Source: a virus
Taxonomy: Duplodnaviria; Caudoviricetes
Virus record (IMG/VR): IMGVR_UViG_3300032308_000777
Span: 1 to 52,572 of that record
Length of the DNA: 52,572 nucleotides
Direction: 5' to 3' (one strand)
Shown here in pieces: positions 26,396 through 36,212 of the stretch (the stretch's first letter is position 1; each line of letters begins with the position of its first letter). The notes under the pieces are model-generated. The model was not told the origin of the DNA, did not search any database, and worked only from the letters and a program-made list of their open reading frames with translations. The position numbers were made by a program, and so were the translations under genes.

Positions 26396-29386
26396 ATGAC
26401 GCAGAAGGTCTTTTCGCTCGACACGCAGGCTGGAATCCAGCGTGACGGAACTGTCTACGACAAGCTCGTCTACAACGACGGGCAGTGGGTTCGTTTTCAG
26501 CGCGGTCGGCCAAGGAAGATCGGTGGGTATCGAGTCATCGCCGACAACCTGAACGGTCCCTCTCGAGGCATTTGGGTCAATTCTCAGGACGCCTTCAGTT
26601 CCATTTTCAGCGGGTACAGCAACGGCCTACAAGTTCTGGTCATTGATGACAACGGAATTGGCGCCGGAGTCACCAATTTCACGCTGTCTAACTTCACCGC
26701 ATCGCCTTTGAACCTTTGGCAGTTTGACGGTTTTTATGACGTTGCTGGGGCTGGTGTTCAAACCATCGTTGCGCATCCTGGCAGAAATCTTGCCGCCATA
26801 GACAGTACCGTTGACACTCCCGTGTTGGCCGGCAACATCAATGGCTCTACGATGTCTCAGATCGGCGTCTTTCAGGATGCTGGAGCCTATCTGAACTCAA
26901 CCACGTCGGTAACTCTTCCAAGTGCAAATACGCTGATCGGGGCGGGTCAAGCGGTAACCGGTACCGGAATCCCCGCAAACACCACGGTCGTATCCAAGAC
27001 CGCTGAGGCTGGATTCCTGTCCGGTGTCTCCATTACAGGGACCAGTGGAACACTGTCCTGCACATCGACATCCGGTCTTTTCATCGGACAAACGGTTACT
27101 GTATCGGGCGCAGAAGTGCCCCAGGCGCTTGCTAGCGTGTCGATCACCGGTACGGGCGGGACGTTCTCCTGTACTGCAACCACGGGCCTGTACGTTGGCC
27201 AATTGCTGACTGTCAGCGGAACCCAGACCGGCACCGCCCTTGCCTCTGTTGCAGTCACCGGAACCGCTGGCCAATGTTCCTGCACGGCGGTCAATGGTTT
27301 GTTCATCGGGCAGGCGGTGGTGGTCTCTGGCACCCTTACGGGCACGGCCACCGGCATTGTCTCGGGTCTGACGTACTACATCATCAGCACCGACGGCACT
27401 TCTACGTTCCAGTTATCTGCGACCCCAGGCGGGACTGCAATTACCACAACGGCAGGCACGACCACCGGCCTTGTCTTCACCGTCAAGCTTTTCACTGGGG
27501 TAACGTCCGGAACCGCTTACTACATCACCGCGACCAACGGCACTTCCACCTTTACTCTGTCCGAGACCTTGGGCGGATCGTCAATTGTGACGGCCACCAA
27601 TAGCGTCTCTGGCCTGACGTTCTCTGTGCCGAAGTCCACCGGCCTCAACTCCGGTCAAACCTACTACATCATCGCCACGAACTACGCGACGACGTTCACG
27701 CTGTCCGCAACGAGCGGCGGATCTGCCGTCACGACCATCGTCAACGCCACGACCGGGCTGATCTTTACCCTAGGCCTGTACACCAAGGTGGTGCTGTCTA
27801 ATGCAGCCACGACCAGCGGCCAGTCAACGCTGACCTTCAACAACAACGTGGAGGTCTCCGGTGGTGTGGTGTCCCTGCACCCGTACCTGTTCGTGTACGG
27901 CAACAACGGATTGATCCGAAACTGCGCGGCAGGCAATTTGCAGGACTGGGTCTCTGCGGACGCCAATGAGACCAATGTAGCCACCGGGAAGATCGTCCAA
28001 GGGTTACCCGTCAGGGGCGGCTCAAACGCGCCTTCTGGGCTGTTCTGGAGCCTCGACAGCCTTGTGCGAGTGTCTTATATCGGCGGGGCTGGTACGCCTC
28101 CCCAGTTCTGGCGTTACGACATCATCAGCAGCCAGTCCTCGATTCTGTCATCGCAGTCGGCAATTGAGTACGACGGCATCTACTACTGGTGCGGTGTTGA
28201 CCGGTTCCTTCTCTACAACGGCGTGGTGAAGGAGATCCCGAACGGCATGAACCAGAACTACTTCTTCGACAACCTGAACTATGTTCAGCGTCAGAAGGTT
28301 TGGGTCACTAAGGTTCCAAGGTACGGGGAGATCTGGTGGTTCTACCCCCGCGGTGATGCGACGGAATGCACGGATGCGATCATCTACAACGTGCGTGAGC
28401 AGATCTGGTACGACGCCGGTCAAGCCCTTGGTGCTCGTCGCTCTGCTGGGTATTTCTCCCAGGTGTTTGCGTTTCCCGTGGCCGCAAACTGGGACGCCAG
28501 CGAAGCCGAGGCGGTTTTTGTTGACACCTTCAACGAAGTTACTGGCAGCGAGTTTTTGTATCTGGACACCTACAACGTGCAGGTTGCTCTCAATCAAGTC
28601 ATCTCCGGATCGAACATCACAACCGGTACAACCGTTGTGGCGATCACCTCGAGCAACATCAAGACTCTTGGTGCAATCACTCCGGGTTCAGGATATGTGA
28701 GTGCCGTGTACACCAACGTGCCCCTTACGGGCGGGTCTGGATCGGGCGCACAGGCAACGATTTCTGTTGTCGGGGGTCAGGTGGCGTCCGTGACTATAAC
28801 GGCCCGTGGGACTGGGTATCAGGTCGGCAACGTCTTGAGTGCGAGTAACACCAATTTGGGTGGATCCGGTTCTGGTTTTTCCATTCCCGTCACTGCGATT
28901 TATGCTCAGGCCATTGAGATGTCTTCTCCTGCCACCGGCAGCGGTGCTGCCTCATTGACGTTCTCAACCCCCGCAGGGCTGGTCCGCTTGTATCAGCATG
29001 AGATCGGCACAGATGAGGTTGAGGGTCAGAACGTGTTGGCCATCCGCAGTTTCTTTGAAACCAGCGACCTGAGTCTGACCGCCGGAGGCCCGTCTCAGCC
29101 TGCTGTGGAGGGACCAAACCGTTGGCTCAGGATTGAGAGGATCGAGCCGGACTTCCTGCAAGAGGGAGAGATGTCCGTAATCGTCACCGGTCGTCCATTT
29201 GCTCAAGGGGAGGACAAGGAATCTGCCCCCTACGTCTTTGGCCCGAACACCGGCAAGGTTGACATGAGGGAGCAGCGACGAGAGCCAAGGCTTCGTTTCA
29301 TCTCTGACGTGGCCGGCGGAAACTATCAGTTGGGCAGGCTGCTCTTGAACGCCGAGGTGGGCGACGTGAGGCCCTATGGCCCTTAA
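26396..29386 (+). CDS. Tail nozzle / tubular protein B-like protein with nested beta-domain insertions
   Basis: GIQRDGT...WVRFQRGRPRKIGG start; YWCGVDRFLLYNG, EIWWFYP, RIEPDF; internal repeats. Confidence 0.75.
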   Translation: MTQKVFSLDTQAGIQRDGTVYDKLVYNDGQWVRFQRGRPRKIGGYRVIADNLNGPSRGIWVNSQDAFSSIFSGYSNGLQVLVIDDNGIGAGVTNFTLSNFTASPLNLWQFDGFYDVAGAGVQTIVAHPGRNLAAIDSTVDTPVLAGNINGSTMSQIGVFQDAGAYLNSTTSVTLPSANTLIGAGQAVTGTGIPANTTVVSKTAEAGFLSGVSITGTSGTLSCTSTSGLFIGQTVTVSGAEVPQALASVSITGTGGTFSCTATTGLYVGQLLTVSGTQTGTALASVAVTGTAGQCSCTAVNGLFIGQAVVVSGTLTGTATGIVSGLTYYIISTDGTSTFQLSATPGGTAITTTAGTTTGLVFTVKLFTGVTSGTAYYITATNGTSTFTLSETLGGSSIVTATNSVSGLTFSVPKSTGLNSGQTYYIIATNYATTFTLSATSGGSAVTTIVNATTGLIFTLGLYTKVVLSNAATTSGQSTLTFNNNVEVSGGVVSLHPYLFVYGNNGLIRNCAAGNLQDWVSADANETNVATGKIVQGLPVRGGSNAPSGLFWSLDSLVRVSYIGGAGTPPQFWRYDIISSQSSILSSQSAIEYDGIYYWCGVDRFLLYNGVVKEIPNGMNQNYFFDNLNYVQRQKVWVTKVPRYGEIWWFYPRGDATECTDAIIYNVREQIWYDAGQALGARRSAGYFSQVFAFPVAANWDASEAEAVFVDTFNEVTGSEFLYLDTYNVQVALNQVISGSNITTGTTVVAITSSNIKTLGAITPGSGYVSAVYTNVPLTGGSGSGAQATISVVGGQVASVTITARGTGYQVGNVLSASNTNLGGSGSGFSIPVTAIYAQAIEMSSPATGSGAASLTFSTPAGLVRLYQHEIGTDEVEGQNVLAIRSFFETSDLSLTAGGPSQPAVEGPNRWLRIERIEPDFLQEGEMSVIVTGRPFAQGEDKESAPYVFGPNTGKVDMREQRREPRLRFISDVAGGNYQLGRLLLNAEVGDVRPYGP

Positions 29387-29636
29387 TCCGGCTCAGGTCT
29401 ATGATCCGCGGTATCACACCTTTGAGTCGTGGGGCTGCCTCATGGTCGAGTTGTATTCGGCGCAGCAGCTTGCGATCCCGGATGCAAGCACCGACTGGAA
29501 AAGGTGGGGCAACGGCCTGGGTGCGATTGACGTGTTCGCCAACGAAGCAATTCCGATGACTGATGCTTTTGACAATTGGTATGACTGGGCAGAGGCTCTA
29601 GTGTCGGCAGTCAATCCTGCGGTTCAAACGACTTGA
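29376..29636 (+). CDS. Hypothetical protein (86 aa)
   Basis: Overlapping ORF in the operon, Trp-rich. Confidence 0.6.
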   Translation: MALNPAQVYDPRYHTFESWGCLMVELYSAQQLAIPDASTDWKRWGNGLGAIDVFANEAIPMTDAFDNWYDWAEALVSAVNPAVQTT

Positions 29637-29643
29637 GGCTGAC

Positions 29644-32600
29644 ATGGCTATTAAAAGAATAGAAGTGCCGGTTAGGTGGGAAACCCAAGGGGATGAAGAT
29701 CTGCCCCCTAATGTCTATTGGGTAAGCGACAAGTACGATGGCCCGTATGGCGGGAACTTTAATACTAAAGAGCAGGCGCTAGCATACGAAAAGTACAAAG
29801 GCAAGCCAGATCAAATCCCTGGGCTGAAGGAGGCTGCTGATGCTGCCACTGGTGTTGACTACTATGATGGTAATGGAGATTTGGTTACATCCATAGACCC
29901 AGCAAAACGTCAGGAGTATATTGACCGCGCAATGAACAGCCCATTAGACTGGGTCGGTCAAAATGTCGACTGGAGTGGCACGGGCTACGGGGGAGATTTT
30001 TCTGCCCTTGATAAACAAGTTCAATTTCTCAAAGACAACAAGTATGACACAAGCACCCTCGACAAGGGTGCATTAAATCAATACAACCTGACCAAGCAGA
30101 TTCTTGACCAGGGCACTACTAGTAAATGGTCTGGCGCTGGCTTTGGCAGCCCCACCGAAAACGCCAAACAGATGGCGCGTGTCTTAAACTCGGCTGGTAT
30201 CGAAGACATCAAAGACTTTGGAAAAATTAAGAAAGATAACTTTCAATTTTTTCCTGTTCAAGAGGAAACTGATTTTCAGGGAAACGGAACAGGTAAATAT
30301 TTTACTGTTGACGTATCTGACAATAAATCTTATGTTGATCCAAAAGATGTTTCACTTCAGCAATTCTACGACCCGGAAGGTTTCTCATACCAAGCACCTT
30401 CTATAAGAAAAAACATAGGCACAGAAGAAGTTTATGGAAACAAAAAAACCAACCAAGCCATAACGCAGGACTACAACGCCGCAGGCGGTAATATTTTTTC
30501 CGGCACATACGCAGGGCATGGCCGTACCAACTATGGGGTGAAGTTTTTAGACGATGGGACGCCTGTTTTCTACACGCAGTTTGGTGGAGACACCAGCAGC
30601 ATGGCAGACATTGCGCCAATCATATCTTTTCTGTCTGTTATTCCATCCCCCCTACAGCCGTTCGCCGCTGCTGCAAATGCACTAATTTCGATTGACAACG
30701 GCAACACCTTGGGGGCCTTGGCTTCTCTTGCCGGCATACCTGGGGTGAGCGAGGCTATCGGAGCGGCTGGTCTTGCAACCGTCGCAGAAGGCATCCAGAC
30801 CGCAAATAAAGTCGTCAACTTGGTCAACGCGGTTGAGTCCGGAAATGTGGTCGCATTGGCCGCCGCCGCTGGCAGTGCGCTTGGTGCTGGTTCTACTGAG
30901 ATTGGAGACACTGGTTTTACGGTGTCTGACGCCATGAAGGCGGCCAATCTTGTCAAGGCAATAGATAGCGGTGATCCGACCTCCATATTTAATGCGGCGG
31001 TTGGCTTTGCTCAGTCTCCAAACATCAACAAGGCTCTCAACAACCAGAGCACGACCATAACGGCTGATGGGCAAAAAGTTGCAGATCTTGTTGACAACAA
31101 TTTTGTCGCCGAGTTAGTCAACCCGAATTCTGACAGTTTTCTTGGAAATTCCGAGTCGAGCATAAACACTGCCTTGGCTTTGGCTAGCGAAGTAAAGCCT
31201 GTCTCCTCGCCAGTTGAGTTTGAGGAAAAACTTCCTGACTTGCTTGCTCCGGTGGTTGTTCCGGGCGCAGAGAATTTGGCCAATCTTATGGGTGGTCAAG
31301 GCGTAAATGTTGCTGGCCCCTTATCGGTTTCGGTTGCGCTGCCGTACAACTTGGAAAACTTGCCAAAAGATTTCCCAGTACCGGCTGGTTACAGGGTTTT
31401 GTCCAGAGAGGAAATGTTTGGCTCCCCTCGAGAGATGCAGGATGCTGGCATTGACGTAAGGTATTCAGACGACATTGACGGTAGGACCGCTCTTCTTGTT
31501 CCAGAGTCAACTGGGAAGATAACGCTTGAAGATGGACAAGTTAATATTGCAACAACGACGCCATTACAAGCTGTTGATCAAGTTCCAAGCGCAATTACAA
31601 GTGGCGGCGCCGCTGACGATGATGCCATAACCACGCTTGCCAATTCTGGCGGCTCCGAGGATGCAGTTACCCTTCTTGGTGAAACTGACAATGTTTCTCA
31701 GCCGGCGCAAGAGCAGCCCGCTGTAACTACGCTTGAGCCGTCTATCACGCCCCCTGAAGCTTTGGTGCCTGACGCATCCAACCCAAACCTAGAGGCCGGT
31801 AAAACGCCCCAGGAGAGGGCCGCAGAGGAGTGGCAACGGTACCTTGATAGCCTAGAGAATAAGCCGGCCGATCTAGACCTTCCTGGATCAACCATTGAGG
31901 CTGGGGAGTACTGGGACGAGTACAACGCGAACCTCAAGCGCATCATGGATAAGGGCGGGTACACCAGCCAGTGGCAGAACGTCAACGGCGACAAAGTCTT
32001 CGTCAACGACGACGGCACGGCCATTGGAATCACTCAGGATGGCGGCACCTACCCCCTGTCTAACACCCAGGTCGAAGAAATGGTCGGTAATGGCCTGCTT
32101 AACACGGCCGAATCTGGGTACGTTGACGCGACCGGTGGGACTGGCAACACCCCAGGCGGGACGCTCGATGAAGACAAAGAAACAGAGAGCCAAGAATGCC
32201 CGGAGGGATACGTTTTTAACCTGAACACTCGAACCTGTGTGCCGGTTGAGGCGGAGCCAGAAAACCCATGCGGCGAGGGCTTTCACTTTGATGAGGCTCG
32301 TGGAATATGCGTTGCTGACACCGACACAAAAGAAGATGAGGAGTGCCCGGAGGGTTACGTCCGCAATCTGAACACTGGTGCCTGCGAGTTGGTTTCTACG
32401 TCACCTCCTCCATCCCGTCCTCCGCCGCCTTCTGCGTCCCCTCCTCCGCCCCCTCCTCCGCCGCCTCGCAGGGTTGTACAAAACCCTACTGTCAATCCAG
32501 CGGAACCTCCGATTTCAAGGGCAATCCCAGACGAGCCGATGCGTCGCATTGGCCTACCTATATACGAGAAAATGTCAAACTTCGAAGGCCCCCTTTCTGA

Positions 32601-33168
32601 TTTTCTTGAAATGGTTCAAAAGGGCTCGTACATTTCAAAACCAACCCCAGAGGTGCAACCCATGCAGCCGAATATGAACCAGCAGCCAGACCGGCTTGAT
32701 CAACCCGACCAGACCGGCGGAAATTACTTCAATTACGGCCAGGAGTCGAGCATCGACAACATCCTGAACCCAGGCGCGTACCAGGGCTTCAAGCAGGGCG
32801 GTATGGCCACACCCCTGATGGCTGCCGGCGGGACGACCCGATACGGCATGAATTCTGGTGGCGCCTTGGATGTAGTTCATCACTCAGGCAAGCCCCGACT
32901 GGACTTCCGCAAGGGTGCCGCGGTGACCGGTAAGGGAGATGGTCAGTCCGATGACATCCCGGCCATGCTTGCGGACGGGGAATTTGTGTTTCCGGCGGAC
33001 GTGGTTGCGGCTCTCGGAAATGGCTCAACCAAGGCCGGAAGCGATAAACTCTACGAAATGATGCATGCGATCAGGGCGTATCACAGGTCGGCCAAGCCAG
33101 AAGACCTTCCTCCGCCGGCCAAAAAGTCGCCGCTGGACTACCTCAAGACCCGTAAAGCAAGGGGATAA
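29644..33168 (+). CDS. Putative internal virion/ejection protein with Cys repeats, Pro-rich linker, GG motifs and a TMP-C-terminal-like domain
   Basis: 1174 aa; CPEGY repeats; FKQGG/MAAGG/MNSGG; GDGQSDDIPAMLADGEFVFPADVV. Confidence 0.7.
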   Translation: MAIKRIEVPVRWETQGDEDLPPNVYWVSDKYDGPYGGNFNTKEQALAYEKYKGKPDQIPGLKEAADAATGVDYYDGNGDLVTSIDPAKRQEYIDRAMNSPLDWVGQNVDWSGTGYGGDFSALDKQVQFLKDNKYDTSTLDKGALNQYNLTKQILDQGTTSKWSGAGFGSPTENAKQMARVLNSAGIEDIKDFGKIKKDNFQFFPVQEETDFQGNGTGKYFTVDVSDNKSYVDPKDVSLQQFYDPEGFSYQAPSIRKNIGTEEVYGNKKTNQAITQDYNAAGGNIFSGTYAGHGRTNYGVKFLDDGTPVFYTQFGGDTSSMADIAPIISFLSVIPSPLQPFAAAANALISIDNGNTLGALASLAGIPGVSEAIGAAGLATVAEGIQTANKVVNLVNAVESGNVVALAAAAGSALGAGSTEIGDTGFTVSDAMKAANLVKAIDSGDPTSIFNAAVGFAQSPNINKALNNQSTTITADGQKVADLVDNNFVAELVNPNSDSFLGNSESSINTALALASEVKPVSSPVEFEEKLPDLLAPVVVPGAENLANLMGGQGVNVAGPLSVSVALPYNLENLPKDFPVPAGYRVLSREEMFGSPREMQDAGIDVRYSDDIDGRTALLVPESTGKITLEDGQVNIATTTPLQAVDQVPSAITSGGAADDDAITTLANSGGSEDAVTLLGETDNVSQPAQEQPAVTTLEPSITPPEALVPDASNPNLEAGKTPQERAAEEWQRYLDSLENKPADLDLPGSTIEAGEYWDEYNANLKRIMDKGGYTSQWQNVNGDKVFVNDDGTAIGITQDGGTYPLSNTQVEEMVGNGLLNTAESGYVDATGGTGNTPGGTLDEDKETESQECPEGYVFNLNTRTCVPVEAEPENPCGEGFHFDEARGICVADTDTKEDEECPEGYVRNLNTGACELVSTSPPPSRPPPPSASPPPPPPPPPRRVVQNPTVNPAEPPISRAIPDEPMRRIGLPIYEKMSNFEGPLSDFLEMVQKGSYISKPTPEVQPMQPNMNQQPDRLDQPDQTGGNYFNYGQESSIDNILNPGAYQGFKQGGMATPLMAAGGTTRYGMNSGGALDVVHHSGKPRLDFRKGAAVTGKGDGQSDDIPAMLADGEFVFPADVVAALGNGSTKAGSDKLYEMMHAIRAYHRSAKPEDLPPPAKKSPLDYLKTRKARG

Positions 33169-33170
33169 AA

Positions 33171-34289
33171 ATGTCATTCCTACAAGGCGGCGCACTGCCG
33201 AACGTCACAGAGACGACTACCGCCACAACCACTCCGACCACGACGGAGTATTCAAAACTCCTCAAAGACGTTGCCGGTGCCGGATCAACCGCAATTGGCA
33301 GGACTGGTGCCGAAAGCATCGCTGGTTATGACCCCCTGCAAACGATGGGGTACAACGCCCTCCCGGGTGCAGTTAACGCCTACCAGCCCGGCTTAGATGC
33401 TGCACAGCAGACCGCCTCCAGGGCAGCGGCAGGCATCACTCCTGGCCGCATTCAGTCGCTGATGAACCCGTACACCACGAACGTGGTCAACGAGATGGCT
33501 CGGCTGTCTCAGCAGAACGTCGAGCGCAACCTGATGCCGAGCATGAGGTCTGGTTTTGTCGGCACTGGTGCCTTGGGTAGTCAGCGCTACGCAAACGCCC
33601 TTGGGCAGTCCATGGCGGACACTCAGGCCAACTTGACTGGGCAGCAGTACGGTGCGCTCTCCAAGGGCTACAGCGAGGCTTTGAAGGGCGCCTTGGATGA
33701 GGCGCAGCTTATGAATTTGTCTGCGAAGACTCAGGGCGATCTTGCAAAAATGCAGCAGCAGCTTGGTGTAGAGGGCGCAGGCGCTTTGACCAAAGCAGGC
33801 GCAGAGCGTCAGGGGTACCAGCAAGCCATTCTTGATGCACCGATGAAGAACGCAAAGAGTGCTGCGGATCTGCTGCGTGGGTACACGATGCCGAGCACTG
33901 AGACGAAGACCTTCACGGGGCCTCGCACTCGAGACTACTACCAGCAGTCGGACCTTGGGAAAATTGGCGGTGTACTTTCCCTGATTGGCGGCGCCAAAGA
34001 AGGTAAAGAGGGAGAAGGCCTCAACAGGCTTTTGGGCATTTTGAGCAAAACGAACGCAAAGGGATCAAGCATTATCAACAGCTTGCTCAATCCTGCGGAC
34101 GCATCAAGCGCAGCAATTGGGCAGGGAGAGACAGAAGCCATGAAGGCTGCCAACGTTCTTGATGACTACAACAAACTAATTTCTGGTTTGCAGAACAATT
34201 ACTCAGACCTTGTTTCATCTGATGTTATTTCTTCGTACAACAACCTTTTTGATGTCTTGGGCGAAGACGATTACTTTACTGGCATCTGA
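33171..34289 (+). CDS. Putative DNA ejection/pilot protein
   Basis: MNPYTTNVV...GALGSQRY motif, Q/A/G-rich helical; position. Confidence 0.6.
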   Translation: MSFLQGGALPNVTETTTATTTPTTTEYSKLLKDVAGAGSTAIGRTGAESIAGYDPLQTMGYNALPGAVNAYQPGLDAAQQTASRAAAGITPGRIQSLMNPYTTNVVNEMARLSQQNVERNLMPSMRSGFVGTGALGSQRYANALGQSMADTQANLTGQQYGALSKGYSEALKGALDEAQLMNLSAKTQGDLAKMQQQLGVEGAGALTKAGAERQGYQQAILDAPMKNAKSAADLLRGYTMPSTETKTFTGPRTRDYYQQSDLGKIGGVLSLIGGAKEGKEGEGLNRLLGILSKTNAKGSSIINSLLNPADASSAAIGQGETEAMKAANVLDDYNKLISGLQNNYSDLVSSDVISSYNNLFDVLGEDDYFTGI

Positions 34290-34313
34290 TAAAAAAGTAA
34301 TGAGGGCTTGAAT

Positions 34314-36212
34314 ATGGCAACAAAAGCAGCAACTTCGGTCTACGCTCCGGGTGAAGATCCGGAATCAATGAAGGCAAATCTTGAGTATCAAGAGGCCCTC
34401 AGAAAACTGACTGAGTCCATTGATCAGCGCAAGAACCGGTTCTTTGATCCGACTTGGCTTGCTGCTGCTCAAGGGTTCCTTGCCCCTGGAGCGCCTGACT
34501 TTTTTGAGTCTCTCGGCCGAGTTGCTGGCAATGTTGGCAAGGCTCAAGAAGCGCAGGTCAAGGAGAATCAAGACATCGCGCAGATGCGCCTGGATCTTGC
34601 TGGCCGAGGCGTAGAGCTTCAGCGTCAGAAGGCCAGGGACGCGATGGTTCGCAGGTTACTTGCCGGGGAGGGGGAGCCTCCTGCCGCCGAGCCACAGGCT
34701 GGGGCTTTACCGGGAACGCCTGGGAGAGCCCGAGGAGCCCTTGCGCAAACTCAAGGCGCAGCCCCAAGCCAAGAGATGGGCCTTCAGATCGCCCCGCCTG
34801 TTCCTGGCATCAGCCGTCAGCAATTCTTTGCTCTTGGTTTGCTTGATAACAAGAGCCCTTCCGACCTTGCCAAAGAGTGGGAAACCATTGTAAGAGGCCG
34901 GCAGCAGGTAAAAGACAACTTCTTGGTTAATGTCGGGACTGGCATAGCCTATGCATTACCGACAGGGCAATTAGAAGAAGTCCAAATCTTCAGCGAAGAT
35001 GGCACTGCAAAAACGTACAGAGTGGCAAGAGATATTGCGGCCGAGTTGAGTGCGTATGCCAAAACGGGAGATGCGGAAAAGTATTTTGCTCTTGCAAAAC
35101 GCATCACGCAGGCCCCTCAAAGGCAAACGGCTCAGGGCGCCGCTGCTCAGTTGCCGCCGGTCGTCGCGCCTGCCGCTGTGCAGGCCCCGCTGACTGCTCC
35201 GACCGTCCCTGCGCTGGCTGCTGTTGCGCCTGCCGCCGTTGCGTCATCGGTTGCTCCTGGATCTTCCCCAGCAAGTCCAGCCCCTCTTCCGCCCGTTGGT
35301 GCGGCCCAAACTGCTGCTCCGGCTCGTATTGCCGATCAGGCTGCCGCCGCCCCACAACTTGCCGCTCAAGCAGCGCCTGCTGCCGTTCCACCGGTTACAC
35401 AGGCCGCCCTTTCCGGTTTAAGGTCGCAAGAGCAAATCGCAGAAGAAAAGCGTCGATCAGAAATTGACCAAGCGGCAGAGACAGAGCGCCGCAAGAAACT
35501 TGCACAGGAAGCCGCCGTCAGAGAGGCCGCAGTTGAGCAGACCGACCGGACTGCCAGAAGCACCTATCAAAGCGCAAGCAAGATTCTGGACTACGTCAAA
35601 AAGAGTCCAAACTTTTTTGGCATCTTTGCTCGTCCCGGGGTTGTGCCTGCAATTGGCGGATTCATTGAGCAGGGTCTTCGAACTCCAACGGGAACGATTG
35701 ATCTGCCTGGGTTCAGGGAGAGCATTACCAAGCTCATGCCGAATGTGCGGCAGCAGGACTTGGACAATGTTGTTCTTGCTGCTGCCGAGCTTGCTGAGAT
35801 TGAGCTTAATTTCAGCCGGCAGTATTTCCAGGGCCAGGGGGCTGTGACGGAAAACGAGCGAAAAATTGTTCGCGCAATTCCTGGCTCGGTCAGTAGTAGC
35901 CCGAGGGTCTTGAAGGCCCGTATGGAGCTTCTGCGGGACAGAGCGCAGTACGACATTGACGTAGCCGATGCCTTCCGCGATTGGCAGAAAAACAATATGG
36001 GCCGGTCTTACTTGGATTTTGAGCGCGAATCTCAGTTGTACAAGGACGTCAAGAAGGACTTTGACAATAAGGCCGCAAAAATCTACAACGGTCTTCCGGC
36101 GATTCCTACCAGGGAAAGGACAGCAGCGCAAAATCGCGCGGCCGGCGCTCCAGGCAATATTGACACGGCCAGCGACACCTTGGAAAACATTCTGAAGAAA
36201 GGAAGACCATAA
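34314..36212 (+). CDS. Putative internal virion/ejection protein
   Basis: Helical, A/P-rich linker, GQGAVTENER motif. Confidence 0.6.
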   Translation: MATKAATSVYAPGEDPESMKANLEYQEALRKLTESIDQRKNRFFDPTWLAAAQGFLAPGAPDFFESLGRVAGNVGKAQEAQVKENQDIAQMRLDLAGRGVELQRQKARDAMVRRLLAGEGEPPAAEPQAGALPGTPGRARGALAQTQGAAPSQEMGLQIAPPVPGISRQQFFALGLLDNKSPSDLAKEWETIVRGRQQVKDNFLVNVGTGIAYALPTGQLEEVQIFSEDGTAKTYRVARDIAAELSAYAKTGDAEKYFALAKRITQAPQRQTAQGAAAQLPPVVAPAAVQAPLTAPTVPALAAVAPAAVASSVAPGSSPASPAPLPPVGAAQTAAPARIADQAAAAPQLAAQAAPAAVPPVTQAALSGLRSQEQIAEEKRRSEIDQAAETERRKKLAQEAAVREAAVEQTDRTARSTYQSASKILDYVKKSPNFFGIFARPGVVPAIGGFIEQGLRTPTGTIDLPGFRESITKLMPNVRQQDLDNVVLAAAELAEIELNFSRQYFQGQGAVTENERKIVRAIPGSVSSSPRVLKARMELLRDRAQYDIDVADAFRDWQKNNMGRSYLDFERESQLYKDVKKDFDNKAAKIYNGLPAIPTRERTAAQNRAAGAPGNIDTASDTLENILKKGRP

